Origin: Opitutaceae bacterium
GTDB lineage: Bacteria; Verrucomicrobiota; Verrucomicrobiia; Opitutales; Opitutaceae
DNA length: 34,551 nt
Direction: 5' to 3'
Assembly (NCBI GenBank): GCA_039928635.1
Contig: JBDSSU010000561.1
Coordinates: forward strand, 1-34,551
Shown: positions 17,271 to 26,432 of the stretch, piece by piece
Numbering within the stretch: position 1 is the first letter of the stretch
How the letters are laid out: every line of letters starts with the position of its first letter
The notes under the pieces: model-generated
What the model saw: only the letters and a program-made list of their open reading frames with translations
What the model was told of the DNA's origin: nothing
Databases searched by the model: none
Made by a program: the position numbers and the translations under genes

Positions 17271-19789
17271 TCCGACCACATTGGACTAAACTCACCACTT
17301 GCCTGGGCCTCGCAGGGCTCGGGTTGACCTCGGTCATCGGCCGCGCTGCCGAATCGCGCGCGCCGGCAAAGAGTGGCGCGCGCCCCGCGCAATCGATCGC
17401 TGGCATGAATGCCCGCGATGCCTCGGGCCTGGCGCGTTTCCGGCAGGCCGTGTCACCGATCCTCGAGCAGCACTGCTACGAATGTCATGGCAATGGAGCG
17501 AAGAAAGCCGGCCTCGCCTTTGACGAGTTAACGTCCGCTCAACAGATCCTCCACAATCCCGAGCTGTGGTTGAAGGTGCTGCGCAACACGCGTTCGCACA
17601 TCATGCCCCCGCCGGAGGAGACTCAGCCTACCGCCGCCGAGCAATCGGCCCTGGAAAAATGGATCGTCGCGGAGGGATTCGGACTGGATCCCGCGCGCCC
17701 GGATCCGGGCCGCGTGACGGTACGCCGCCTTAACCGGGCGGAATATCAAAATACCATCCGCGATTTGCTCGGCGTTGATTTCGATGCCGAAGCTCTGCTC
17801 GCGGCGGACGACATCGGCTACGGCTTCGACAATATCAGCGATGTGCTGACGCTCTCGCCGATGCGGATGGAAAAGTTTATCTCCGCGGCGCAGGAGGTGG
17901 TGAAAAAAGGCGTGCCCGAGGATTTTCGCGCGATTTCAGAGCTCACGGCGGTCGGAAAGGATTTCACCAGCGAGGACGGTCGCCTGGGAGACGTCATGAC
18001 TTATTACGAGGAGCGTAAAGTCACCCATACGTTCAAGGTTCCGGTCGCCGGCGAATACCGGGTGATCATGGCCGTGTCGGTTGACGGCCGGACCAATCCC
18101 GATCCCGGCCGGGTCCGCGTCACCGTCAGCCGCGACGGTGAAGATTTCCATACGAAAGAATACAAATGGGCCGACTGCGGCTTTTTCAGCGAGGAGCTCG
18201 CGTTGAAATTCACCGCGGGCGAACACCGGTTCCAGTTTCACGTCGAGCCCCTTGAGGCGAAAGAGAAACAGAAGGGCAAAATGGATTTTCGGATCGACCG
18301 CGTCCAGCTCGTCGGGCCGGCCGACAGGAAGGACTGGTTGCCGGCAGCAAACTACGCGCGGTTTTTTCCGCGCCCTCAAGCCCCGCAAAACGCCGACGCC
18401 CGCCGCGCCTACGCCCGCGAGGTGCTCACCATTTTCGCCACAAAAGCTTACCGCCGCCCGCAAAGCGACGCGGTGATCGATCGCCTCGTGAAACTCGCCG
18501 AGAGTTTCCATACAACTCCGGGCCACACCTTCGAATTCGCCATCGGCCGCGCCATGGTCGCGGTGCTCGCCTCCCCGCGTTTTCTCTTCCGCTTCGAGGA
18601 AAACGCCCGCGGTGCAACTCCCGACACGAGGTTTGTCGACGTCGATGAATACTCCCTCGCTTCGCGCCTCTCCTATTTCCTGTGGTCCTCGACGCCCGAC
18701 GATGCACTGCTGCGTCTGGCGCAGCGTGGCGAACTCCGGAAAAATCTTCCGGCGCAGGTGAAGCGCATGCTGGCCGACCCGAAAGCGTCGGCCCTCGTTC
18801 GCAACTTCACGGGACAATGGCTGCTGTCGAAGGACATCCTGCACGTCCCGCTCAATCTTCCCATCGTCCTCGCACGGGAGGGGTTGAAACCCGCTCCCGT
18901 CCGCCGTGCGCCGGGCGCGTTCGGGCCAGCCGCGAGTGTGACCGATGTGACCCTGGCACAGCGCGAGGCGTTGAAGGCCGAGGCCGAAGCCTACTTCGAC
19001 TACGTCGCTCGCGCGGACCGGAACCTCCTTGAACTGATCGATAGCGACTACGCGTTCCTCAACGAAACGCTGGCGAACTATTATGGTCTTCCCGCCGATT
19101 CCGTGAAGGGCGCGGAGCTGCGTCGCGTCGTGGTTTCGACCGACGATCCCCGCGGCGGTGGCGTCCTCACGATGGGCAGCACGCTGGCCGTGACGTCCAA
19201 TCCCACCCGCACTTCGCCGGTGAAGCGGGGCAAATGGATTCTCGAAAACATCCTCGGCGCGCCCGCGCCGCCTCCGCCACCCGCCGTGCCCTCGCTCGAA
19301 GACACGGAGAAACGCATTCCCGGCCGCACGCCCACGCAGCGCGAGTTGCTCGCCATCCATCGGGAAGACGCGCTCTGCGCTTCGTGTCACGCCCGCATGG
19401 ATCCACTAGGTCTCGCGCTGGAAAATTTCAATGCGCTCGGTCTCTACCGCACCCGGGAGCTTGACCAACCGGTCGACGCCACCGGCACTTTGATGACGGG
19501 CGAGGCGTTCAAAAACATCCGCGAGCTGAAGCGCATTCTCGCAACGCAGCATGAAGTGGAGATCTACCGCACGATCACAGAGAAGCTGCTCGTCTACGCC
19601 CTCGGCCGCGGCGCCGAATACTACGACGTCCCTGCGATCGACCGGATTGTGGAACGACTGCAGGCCAACGACGGCCGTTTCTCCGCGTTGCTCATGGGCG
19701 TGATCGAATCCGTCCCCTTCCAGCAACGCCGCGCCGTCGCCGACTCTCCCTCCCGCGATGCTCAACCGCTCATCACCTCCCGCGAATAG
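17267..19789 (+). CDS. DUF1592-family protein (DUF1585/1587/1588/1592/1595 multidomain architecture) with a CxxCH motif
   Basis: The ATG at 17267 overlaps the esterase stop (ATGA, 17267..17270). It has a signal peptide. HCYECHG lies at 17474..17488. Blocks such as RLNRAEYQNTIRDLLGV, LASRLSYFLWSSTPDDALL, RNFTGQWL, RGGVLTMGSTLAVTSNPTRTSPVKRGKWILENILG and CASCHARMDPLGLALENF are characteristic of this planctomycete/verrucomicrobial family. Confidence 0.9.
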   Translation: MIRPHWTKLTTCLGLAGLGLTSVIGRAAESRAPAKSGARPAQSIAGMNARDASGLARFRQAVSPILEQHCYECHGNGAKKAGLAFDELTSAQQILHNPELWLKVLRNTRSHIMPPPEETQPTAAEQSALEKWIVAEGFGLDPARPDPGRVTVRRLNRAEYQNTIRDLLGVDFDAEALLAADDIGYGFDNISDVLTLSPMRMEKFISAAQEVVKKGVPEDFRAISELTAVGKDFTSEDGRLGDVMTYYEERKVTHTFKVPVAGEYRVIMAVSVDGRTNPDPGRVRVTVSRDGEDFHTKEYKWADCGFFSEELALKFTAGEHRFQFHVEPLEAKEKQKGKMDFRIDRVQLVGPADRKDWLPAANYARFFPRPQAPQNADARRAYAREVLTIFATKAYRRPQSDAVIDRLVKLAESFHTTPGHTFEFAIGRAMVAVLASPRFLFRFEENARGATPDTRFVDVDEYSLASRLSYFLWSSTPDDALLRLAQRGELRKNLPAQVKRMLADPKASALVRNFTGQWLLSKDILHVPLNLPIVLAREGLKPAPVRRAPGAFGPAASVTDVTLAQREALKAEAEAYFDYVARADRNLLELIDSDYAFLNETLANYYGLPADSVKGAELRRVVVSTDDPRGGGVLTMGSTLAVTSNPTRTSPVKRGKWILENILGAPAPPPPPAVPSLEDTEKRIPGRTPTQRELLAIHREDALCASCHARMDPLGLALENFNALGLYRTRELDQPVDATGTLMTGEAFKNIRELKRILATQHEVEIYRTITEKLLVYALGRGAEYYDVPAIDRIVERLQANDGRFSALLMGVIESVPFQQRRAVADSPSRDAQPLITSRE

Positions 19790-19792
19790 GCC

Positions 19793-20041
19793 ATGACCAC
19801 CTCTCCTCAAAATTCCCGGCAGGCTGACCTGCTGAACCGCCGCCGTTTCCTGCGTAATCTCGGCGTGGGCATCGCGCTCCCCGCCCTCGAATCGTTTCTT
19901 CCCCGAGGACTGATGGCCGCGAACGAACCTACCGCCCGCCTCGCCGGCACCACCGCCACGGGCGCGCCCTTGCGCACGGCTTTCCTCTATTTTCCCAATG
20001 GCGCCATTCCCGCCGCGTGGTGGCCGACGTGGGTATTGTAG
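19793..20041 (+). pseudogene. DUF1552-family gene truncated after ~79 codons (5' fragment only)
   Basis: It starts 3 nt after the DUF1592 stop, the usual pairing for these families. The twin-arginine leader NRRRFLRNLGVGIALPALESF and the block PLRTAFLYFPNGAIPAAWWPT match the DUF1552 N-terminus. The frame ends at TAG 20039..20041, whereas intact members are >400 aa. Downstream sequence is unrelated. Confidence 0.7.
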
Positions 20042-20247
20042 ATGGGCCCGGGTGAGTTGCCGAGGCTCGCGGCATCCATCCGGAACGCGCGATAGCCCGC
20101 CTCAATCGCGTACGGCTCCATCAGTTTGCAGACGCGCATGGCGTCGGCGAAATCGAATCGCTGGTGCAGATCGATGAGCCAGTCGCCGTTGGTCCCGACA
20201 CCTTCGCGCACATCCCTGCAGTCTTTTTCAACCTGTCGCACGCGCTC
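20026..20247 (-). pseudogene. Two internal fragments of a ManD/DgoD-like enolase-superfamily gene, on the opposite strand to its C-terminal part and in non-native order
   Basis: The reverse strand at 20247..20110 encodes ERVRQVEKDCRDVREGVGTNGDWLIDLHQRFDFADAMRVCKLMEPY, which carries the first metal-ligand Asp and the EPY block. It is followed immediately (20109..~20026) by AIEAGYRAFRMDAASLGNSPGPIYNTHV. That second piece corresponds to a segment N-terminal of the first in DgoD/ManD (compare LREIGFDTFKLNG.. before ..DFHGR..LEPY). Confidence 0.6.
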
Positions 20248-20766
20248 GAACCCTATCTGGTTGAAGATCCCGTGCGCGCCGAGCAGTTCAACGACGACAT
20301 CCCGAAGCTGCGGAAACTCACCACCGTCCCGCTGGCAGCCGGCGAGGAATGGGGCCAGCGCTGGGATTTCCACAAGCTCGTCGAAAACCACGACATCGAT
20401 TACGTGAAATGCACGCTGCCCAATGTCGGCGGCATCACCGAGATGATGAAGATCGCTGCCTTGTGCGAGACGCACGCCATCGGAATCTCGCCTCACTTCA
20501 CCGGCCCGATTTCGACGGCGGCATTTGTCCACGCGCTGGGGCCGTTTTCGGGACCCGTGATCTGCGAGATCGGCGGCAACAATCGCCCCGCCAGTCACAT
20601 CTCCGTGGGGCTCAGTTTGAAAAACGGCAAACTCTTGCCCACAGAATCTCCCGGGCTCGGCATTACGCTGAACATGGAACGGCTCACCTTGATTGCCGAG
20701 ATCAAGGATGCCGGGGCTCCTCGACCCATGTATTTCCGACCGGATGGCTCGCAAACCAGCTGGTAA
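20248..20766 (+). pseudogene. C-terminal ~170 codons of the same ManD/DgoD-like enolase-superfamily dehydratase
   Basis: EPYLVEDPVRAEQ..VPLAAGEEWGQRWDF..IDYVKCTLPNVGGITEMMKIAALCETH..ISPHFTGP..PGLGITLN..YFRPDGSQTSW. It carries the second and third metal ligands (VEDP, GEE) and the family's ..DG....W C-terminus. The track ORF at 20164..20766 starts at a GTG inside antisense sequence. The capping domain and first half of the barrel are absent on this strand. Confidence 0.65.
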
Positions 20767-20998
20767 ACGCCCGCATTGATCGCAAACCGGACTGCGCCAC
20801 GGGCCACGGCCAATCGATCGCGAACCGAATCCCAGATAGAGATACGAGGACACAATGCCCAACGCTCCGTTACCCGTCACTTTAGGAGCGACACCACGGG
20901 GGCATCACTGCCAATTTTCCGGCCAGACCGAAGCCTCACCGCTTCGACCCCGCGAAACTCGAGCCGTGTAACGCGACGCCATTTCTCTCCCACAAACC

Positions 20999-22234
20999 GT
21001 GGTTACTCCCGCCCACTCTGATTCACCTACGGCTTTGACCACACCGCCTTCACCACGACGGCGAGTGCTGGTCGCCCTCGCTTGGTGGGAAGACCGCATT
21101 GTTGCAGGAATCGCGCGATTTGCCGCATCGCATGGATGGACGCTCGATTGCTCCCTTCGGCTGACGCAAAAACTGCCGAAAGCGAACCGGTGGGAGGGCG
21201 ATGGCGTGATTGCTTACACCGGGGTGGCGCAAACCTGCGAACCCCTCGCGGAGTATGTGAGCCGGTGCGCCGTCCCCGTGGTGTGCCTCGACTCCGATCA
21301 AAACATTTTCAATTCGCCGAGCGTGGTGGTCGGTCACGAGGCGGTCGGCGCCATGGCGGCCGAACATCTGCTGTCGCTCCATTTCGAGCATTTCGCCTTC
21401 GTGGAGTTCGACGACAACCCGATGGAGCTGCTGCGCCGCCGTGGATTCGAGCTGGCGATTCTTGCGGCCGGAAAAACGTTTCACCCCTTTACGCGTGAGG
21501 AATTCGGCGAATGCCTGCACGGGCTCCCGAGGCCGATGGGCATCATGGCCTCAAACGATGTCAATGCGATGGACGTGGTCTCCGCCTGCACCGCTGGCGG
21601 CGCCCGCGTCCCGGAAGACTTCGCCGTGGTCGGCGTCGATAACAGCGAGGTAAGCAGCCGGATCTCGCCGATTCCGCTGACGAGCATCGAATGCGATTTC
21701 GAACGTCAAGGCTACGAAGCGGCCGTTCTCTTGCACCAACAGATGGAAGGATCGGAGATGCTTTCGACGAAGGTGGTGATCGCCCCGTGCGGCGTGAGGG
21801 TGCGCCGCTCCACGGAGACGCTGGCCGTGTCGGACGAGGAGACGGCACTCGCGCTGCGTCTCCTGCGGCAGCGATTTCGCGAACCGATCCGGCTCAAGGA
21901 GCTGACCGACGTGCTGGGTGGACGGCTTCGCCACGTGCAGACCCGTTTCAGGATGGAGACCGGGCGGACGATGGCGCAGGAATTGATGCGACTCCGGATT
22001 GAACACGCGAAGAAGCTGCTCCGGGATTCGGCGAAACGAATCAACGAGATCGCCTACGAGAGCGGGTTCGCGAGTCGCTTTCATTTCTACGAGGCGTTTC
22101 GGCGCGTGACCGGTTGCACGCCGACCGCGTTTCGATCCGCAATCCGCTCAGCAGCCGGTCCGGACACCGACGGAAAGATCGATGCGGCGCAGATCCGATC
22201 CGGTCGGAACGTCGATGGGACACGCGCCGCGTAG
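20999..22234 (+). CDS. XylR-like AraC-family regulator (periplasmic-binding-protein-like sensor domain plus AraC HTH)
   Basis: The N-terminal two-thirds has the sugar-binding-fold pattern RRVLVALAWWEDRIVAGIARFAASHGW..GVIAY..PVVCLDSD..GIMASNDVNAMDVVSA..DFAVVGVDN. The C-terminal AraC HTH is IRLKELTDVLGGRLRHVQTRFRMETGRTMAQELMRLRIEHAKKLLRDSAKRINEIAYESGFASRFHFYEAFRRVTGCTP. The start is uncertain: GTG 20999 is the longest option and there is no upstream ATG. Confidence 0.85.
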   Translation: MVTPAHSDSPTALTTPPSPRRRVLVALAWWEDRIVAGIARFAASHGWTLDCSLRLTQKLPKANRWEGDGVIAYTGVAQTCEPLAEYVSRCAVPVVCLDSDQNIFNSPSVVVGHEAVGAMAAEHLLSLHFEHFAFVEFDDNPMELLRRRGFELAILAAGKTFHPFTREEFGECLHGLPRPMGIMASNDVNAMDVVSACTAGGARVPEDFAVVGVDNSEVSSRISPIPLTSIECDFERQGYEAAVLLHQQMEGSEMLSTKVVIAPCGVRVRRSTETLAVSDEETALALRLLRQRFREPIRLKELTDVLGGRLRHVQTRFRMETGRTMAQELMRLRIEHAKKLLRDSAKRINEIAYESGFASRFHFYEAFRRVTGCTPTAFRSAIRSAAGPDTDGKIDAAQIRSGRNVDGTRAA

Positions 22235-22555
22235 ACCGTTAAAAGCCGATCCGATCACTCAGGGGTGATGCGGACCGGTCGGAATTCACGGTCCGGCGGC
22301 GGACCCGTTATCTGCTTTCTTTTCCGGACCTCGCGGTCACGGCTCCGGGTGGCACGCAGAACCGCCGCGTCAACTTTGCTCCGTGACCGACAACACGGAT
22401 GGCAAAAATATTCAGGCATCCACCATGTAATTACGCCTCCCCAACGACGCGCTACAGTTAGCCCGACATTGATTTTGCGCTGGAGCAGGCGTTCGCGCCT
22501 TTCTTCTGCCCCCACCGGCAGCGCAGCTGAGGCGCGCCCTCCCCCTCCTTCTTTA

Positions 22556-24721
22556 ATGCGCTCTTCCACTGCTGTCCGGATTGAAGCTATTCCGTCGGAG
22601 AGCGCCGAATTTCCTTTTCGCAATCCCGCTTTGCCGCGCGAAACGCGAATTGAAGACCTGCTCTCGCGCCTGACCGTGCTGGAGAAGATCAACCAACTGC
22701 TGCACGAGAACAATCCGCTGCCTCACCTCGGCATCCCGGCTTACAACTGGTGGAGCGAGGCCTGTCACGGCGTGGGTCGCAATGGCCGCGCCACGGTGTT
22801 TCCCCAGGTGATCGGGCTCGCCGCGACTTGGAACCGCGAATTGATCCTCCAGGTCGCCAGCGCGATCTCGGATGAAGCGCGGGCAAAACATCACGCTGCC
22901 CTCCGCGCCGGTCGGCACGGGCGGAACCAGGGCCTGACGTTTTGGACGCCAAACATAAACATCTTCCGCGATCCCCGTTGGGGTCGCGGCCAGGAGACGT
23001 TTGGTGAAGACCCTTATCTCACCTCCGAACTTGGCGTGGCGATGGTGCAGGGATTGCAAGGCAAAGATCCGCGCCACCTCAAGGTCGCGGCTTGCGCAAA
23101 ACATTTTGCCGTCCACAGCGGGCCCGAAAGCGAGCGCCATGAATTCGACGCGCGGCCGACCGAAAAAGACCTCGCGGAGACCTACCTCCCCGCGTTTCAG
23201 CGGCTGGTCGAAACGGGAGTGGAGGCAGTCATGGGCGCCTACAACCGGGTGCGGGGTGAACCCGCCTGTGCCAGCAATCTTTTGTTGAAAGAAACCCTGC
23301 GGGGTCGCTGGGGGTTTCTCGGCCATGTCGTGAGCGACTGCGGCGCGATCGATGATTTTCATCGGCATCATCATGTCACGAGCGACGCGGCGGCGTCCGC
23401 GGCCCTGGCGTTGCGCTCGGGTTGCGATCTCAATTGCGGTTGCACCTACAACGACCTCGCCGTGGCACTGGCGGACGGTCTCATTATCGAGGAGGATCTG
23501 AACTCGGCGGTGCGCCGGCTGCTCTCCACCAAATTCAAGCTCGGGATTTTCGATCCTCCCGCGTTCGTGCGCTATGCGTCGCTTCCGCTCGAAATCGTCG
23601 ATTGCCCCGCGCATCGCGCACTCGCTCGCCGCGCGGCCGTGCAGTCCATCGTTCTCCTGAAGAATGCGAACGCGGCGCTGCCGCTCCGACGGGATCTCAC
23701 CAGCGTTTTGGTGGTCGGTCCGACCGCTGCGAATATCAACGCGATGCTCGGAAACTACGCCGGAATCAGCTCTCGCATCGTCACCTTTGTCGAAGGCATC
23801 GCGGAACGCCTCGACGCCAGCAGCGTGCTGGAATATCGGCCCGGTTGCGCCCTCACGGATTGTCCCTCTCCGGCGCTCAACCCCACGCTCGATGCCGCCG
23901 CCCTGGCCGAGGTGGTGGTCGCATTCGTCGGGCTCGACCCGACCGTCGAAGGGGAAGAAGGCGACGCCGTTGCTTCCCAAGCCGGGGGCGACCGAGCCGC
24001 GATTGAATTACCCGCCGTGCAGCGGGAATTCATCCGCGATCTCCGAGCGCGCGCGAAGAAATTAATCCTGGTGGTAAGCGGCGGGAGCGCCGTCGCAATC
24101 CCCGAGGAGCATCAGATGGGCGACGCCGTACTTTATGCATGGTACCCCGGGTGCGAAGGCGGCACGGCCCTCGCCGACGTGTTGTTCGGCGACGTTTCGC
24201 CCTCCGGAAAATTGCCCGTCACGGTGCCGCGCCGCACGACGGATCTCCCGGCCTTCGACGACTATCGCATGCGTGGCCGCACCTACCGCTTTGCTGAAGT
24301 TGAGCCCCTGTATCCCTTCGGATTTGGGCTGAGCTACGCGAACTTGCACTATCGGCTTTTGGAACTTCCTGCCGCAAATCTACCCGCGGGGAGGAGCCTT
24401 GCCTTGAGCGCCATTGTTTCCAACCCGGGCACGCGCGATGTCGAGGAGGTGGTGCAATGCTACGTCCTCCCGCCGCGCCAAAATTCGGACACCGCGCGGG
24501 CAACCCTAGTGGACTTCCGGCGCATCAGAGTCGCCGCCAAGTCCGCGGTAGAAATCCAGTTTCAAGTCAGCAGTGCCGCTTTCCATCAAGTGGGGGCAGA
24601 CGGAAAGGCCGCCTGGGTGGCGGGTCGATATGGTGTTCAGATCGGCTCGGCATCACCGGGGCCGCGCGCCGAAGCGCTGGGCTCGCCCGCGCCAGTGATC
24701 GCTACCGTCAATCTGATCTAG
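22556..24721 (+). CDS. Glycoside hydrolase family 3 exo-glycosidase (beta-xylosidase/beta-glucosidase type), predicted cytoplasmic
   Basis: The start is taken at ATG 22556 (MRSSTAVRIEAIPSESAEFPFRNPALPRETRIEDLLSRLTVLEKINQL, the usual GH3 N-terminus). The ORF-track start at 22265 adds 97 Arg/Ser-rich residues. KHFAVHSGPE and the nucleophile context GHVVSDCGAIDD are present, as are C-terminal sandwich and FnIII-like regions. There is no signal peptide. Confidence 0.9.
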   Translation: MRSSTAVRIEAIPSESAEFPFRNPALPRETRIEDLLSRLTVLEKINQLLHENNPLPHLGIPAYNWWSEACHGVGRNGRATVFPQVIGLAATWNRELILQVASAISDEARAKHHAALRAGRHGRNQGLTFWTPNINIFRDPRWGRGQETFGEDPYLTSELGVAMVQGLQGKDPRHLKVAACAKHFAVHSGPESERHEFDARPTEKDLAETYLPAFQRLVETGVEAVMGAYNRVRGEPACASNLLLKETLRGRWGFLGHVVSDCGAIDDFHRHHHVTSDAAASAALALRSGCDLNCGCTYNDLAVALADGLIIEEDLNSAVRRLLSTKFKLGIFDPPAFVRYASLPLEIVDCPAHRALARRAAVQSIVLLKNANAALPLRRDLTSVLVVGPTAANINAMLGNYAGISSRIVTFVEGIAERLDASSVLEYRPGCALTDCPSPALNPTLDAAALAEVVVAFVGLDPTVEGEEGDAVASQAGGDRAAIELPAVQREFIRDLRARAKKLILVVSGGSAVAIPEEHQMGDAVLYAWYPGCEGGTALADVLFGDVSPSGKLPVTVPRRTTDLPAFDDYRMRGRTYRFAEVEPLYPFGFGLSYANLHYRLLELPAANLPAGRSLALSAIVSNPGTRDVEEVVQCYVLPPRQNSDTARATLVDFRRIRVAAKSAVEIQFQVSSAAFHQVGADGKAAWVAGRYGVQIGSASPGPRAEALGSPAPVIATVNLI

Positions 24722-24756
24722 CCTCAGCCGGATCGCCGCGAAGCTGAAATCTCGGG

Positions 24757-26256
24757 TCACGATAGCCCGGCCAGAGGCGCACCGTATCGTTTCCGCCTCG
24801 CCTCGAGTTCCACCGCGATCCGGAGGTTTAAGTCACGGCCGATCGGGTACAGCCCGAGGCAGACGAGACCAAGCGCGAACGGAATCGAGGGGAACAGCGA
24901 GGCAGAGAGGCGGATTCCCGCCAACGCTTCCGGCGACTGCGCGACGTTCGGCACGTACCCGTACGCGGCAATCAGCCAGCCACTCAAAGCGCCACCCAGC
25001 GCCAGCCCGGTCTTCAGGGCGAAGAGAATTCCCGCATAAATGGTCCCGGTCGCACGCCGGGAGTTTTTCCATTCCGAATAGTCCGCGACATCGGCAATCA
25101 TCACCCACAGCAACGGAACCGTGGGGCCCCAACCGAGCGGCCAGAGAATACTGAGAACGACGAGTAGCGTCATCGACGTGGGCGTGACAAAATAAAGGAG
25201 CGCCGTGGCAACCGTCGAAATCGCCATCCCGACGATGAACACGCGCTTTTTCCCAAAGCGGTCCGACAGCGGTTTGGACACCAGAATGCCGGCGATCTGA
25301 ACCAGCGATCCGACCACCAAAAACAGACTCAGCCCCACCGAAGTCGCGTTGGATCCGTCCGGCTTCACCAACAGCCCCAGGCTATCCAACACGGATTTCC
25401 CCAGTCCAGGGTCGGTTCCCGCGGCCGATAGTCCGGTTGCTTGCAGGAAACGGCTTACCGCTTGGGGATCCAGGAAGTAGTTGAAGAAGTAATTCAGCGA
25501 ACTGCCGCGCAGCACCAGCGTGGTGAAGATCAGGATCGTGAGGGCAAACAGGATGAGCCAGGGACGGCACGTGAACACATCCCGGAGATCGTCGCGCAGT
25601 GAACCTTTCTGCTGCGGGTTCACGATCACGCGTTCCCGCGTCGTCGCAAAGGTCGCCACGTTGAAGACCACGATGAGCGCTCCGAAAATCCCCATCGTGA
25701 TCGCCCAGCCCTTCGCGCTCTGTCCGGCCCCGAACTTGTCCACGAGCGGCAGCGTCAGCGCTTGAATGACGAACTGCCCGATCAGCGCGGCGACAAAACG
25801 ATAACTTGCGATGCTCGCCCGCTCGCCCGGATGGGGAGTCATGACTCCCATTAACGCCGCGTACGGGGTGTTGTTCGCCGAATAGAGCATCATCACCAAA
25901 GTGTAGGTGATGCAGGCGTAGATGAGTTTCCCCTGCGGACTGAAGTCGGGCGTCAGGTAGCAGAGCCAGAACACCACGCCAAACGGCACCGCCGTCCCCA
26001 AAATCCACGGACGAAATTTTCCCCAGCGGGTCTCAGTCCGGTCAGCGAGGGCTCCGATGACCGGATCGAGCGCCGCATCCGCGAGCCGCAGCACCAGGAA
26101 CATCGAACCGACGGCCACGGCCGACAACCCCACGATATCAGTATAGAACCGGGTCTGATAGAGGATCATGGCCTGGAAAAAGAAGTTCGTGGCTACGTCG
26201 CTCAACGCATAGCCCGCCTTTTCCGTGAAACTCAGCCGGGAAGAATGCTGGCTCAT
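24757..26256 (-). CDS. Glycoside-pentoside-hexuronide (GPH):cation symporter, MFS superfamily
   Basis: 499 aa and 12 TM-like segments. The N-terminus LSFTEKAGYALSDVATNFFFQAMILYQTRFYTDIVGLS..ALDPVIGALADRTETRWGKFRPW is the MelB/XylP/YicJ family signature. It is convergent with the GH3 gene and divergent from the LacI gene. Confidence 0.9.
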   Translation of the reverse strand: MSQHSSRLSFTEKAGYALSDVATNFFFQAMILYQTRFYTDIVGLSAVAVGSMFLVLRLADAALDPVIGALADRTETRWGKFRPWILGTAVPFGVVFWLCYLTPDFSPQGKLIYACITYTLVMMLYSANNTPYAALMGVMTPHPGERASIASYRFVAALIGQFVIQALTLPLVDKFGAGQSAKGWAITMGIFGALIVVFNVATFATTRERVIVNPQQKGSLRDDLRDVFTCRPWLILFALTILIFTTLVLRGSSLNYFFNYFLDPQAVSRFLQATGLSAAGTDPGLGKSVLDSLGLLVKPDGSNATSVGLSLFLVVGSLVQIAGILVSKPLSDRFGKKRVFIVGMAISTVATALLYFVTPTSMTLLVVLSILWPLGWGPTVPLLWVMIADVADYSEWKNSRRATGTIYAGILFALKTGLALGGALSGWLIAAYGYVPNVAQSPEALAGIRLSASLFPSIPFALGLVCLGLYPIGRDLNLRIAVELEARRKRYGAPLAGLS

Positions 26257-26432
26257 GCTCGCTCCGCCGAAACGCGGCGTAATGCTCCGCCATCAGGAGG
26301 GTTGATCATCGGCGTTGGGGTTTTGGGGAGGGAAAGGGATCCGGGAGATTTTCGAGAGGTCCCTCGGAATGAGGAGTAAACTGCGTCGCGACCGGAGGGA
26401 ATAACTTTTCCCCGGGCCACGAGACGTCGGCC

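Noticed and set aside
19987-20880. 297-aa reverse-strand ORF spanning the breakpoint region, which could be read as an intact gene.
   Set aside because: Its first ~210 residues are antisense to the well-conserved enolase C-terminal fragment (20248..20766) and look like junk. Only the last ~85 residues are protein-like, and these are the displaced enolase pieces already reported as pseudogene fragments.
22290-22323. Short GC hairpin (GGTCCG-gcgg-CGGACC) followed by a moderately T-rich stretch after the AraC-type regulator gene.
   Set aside because: The stem is only 6 bp and the T tract is interrupted, which is weaker than the two terminators I report.
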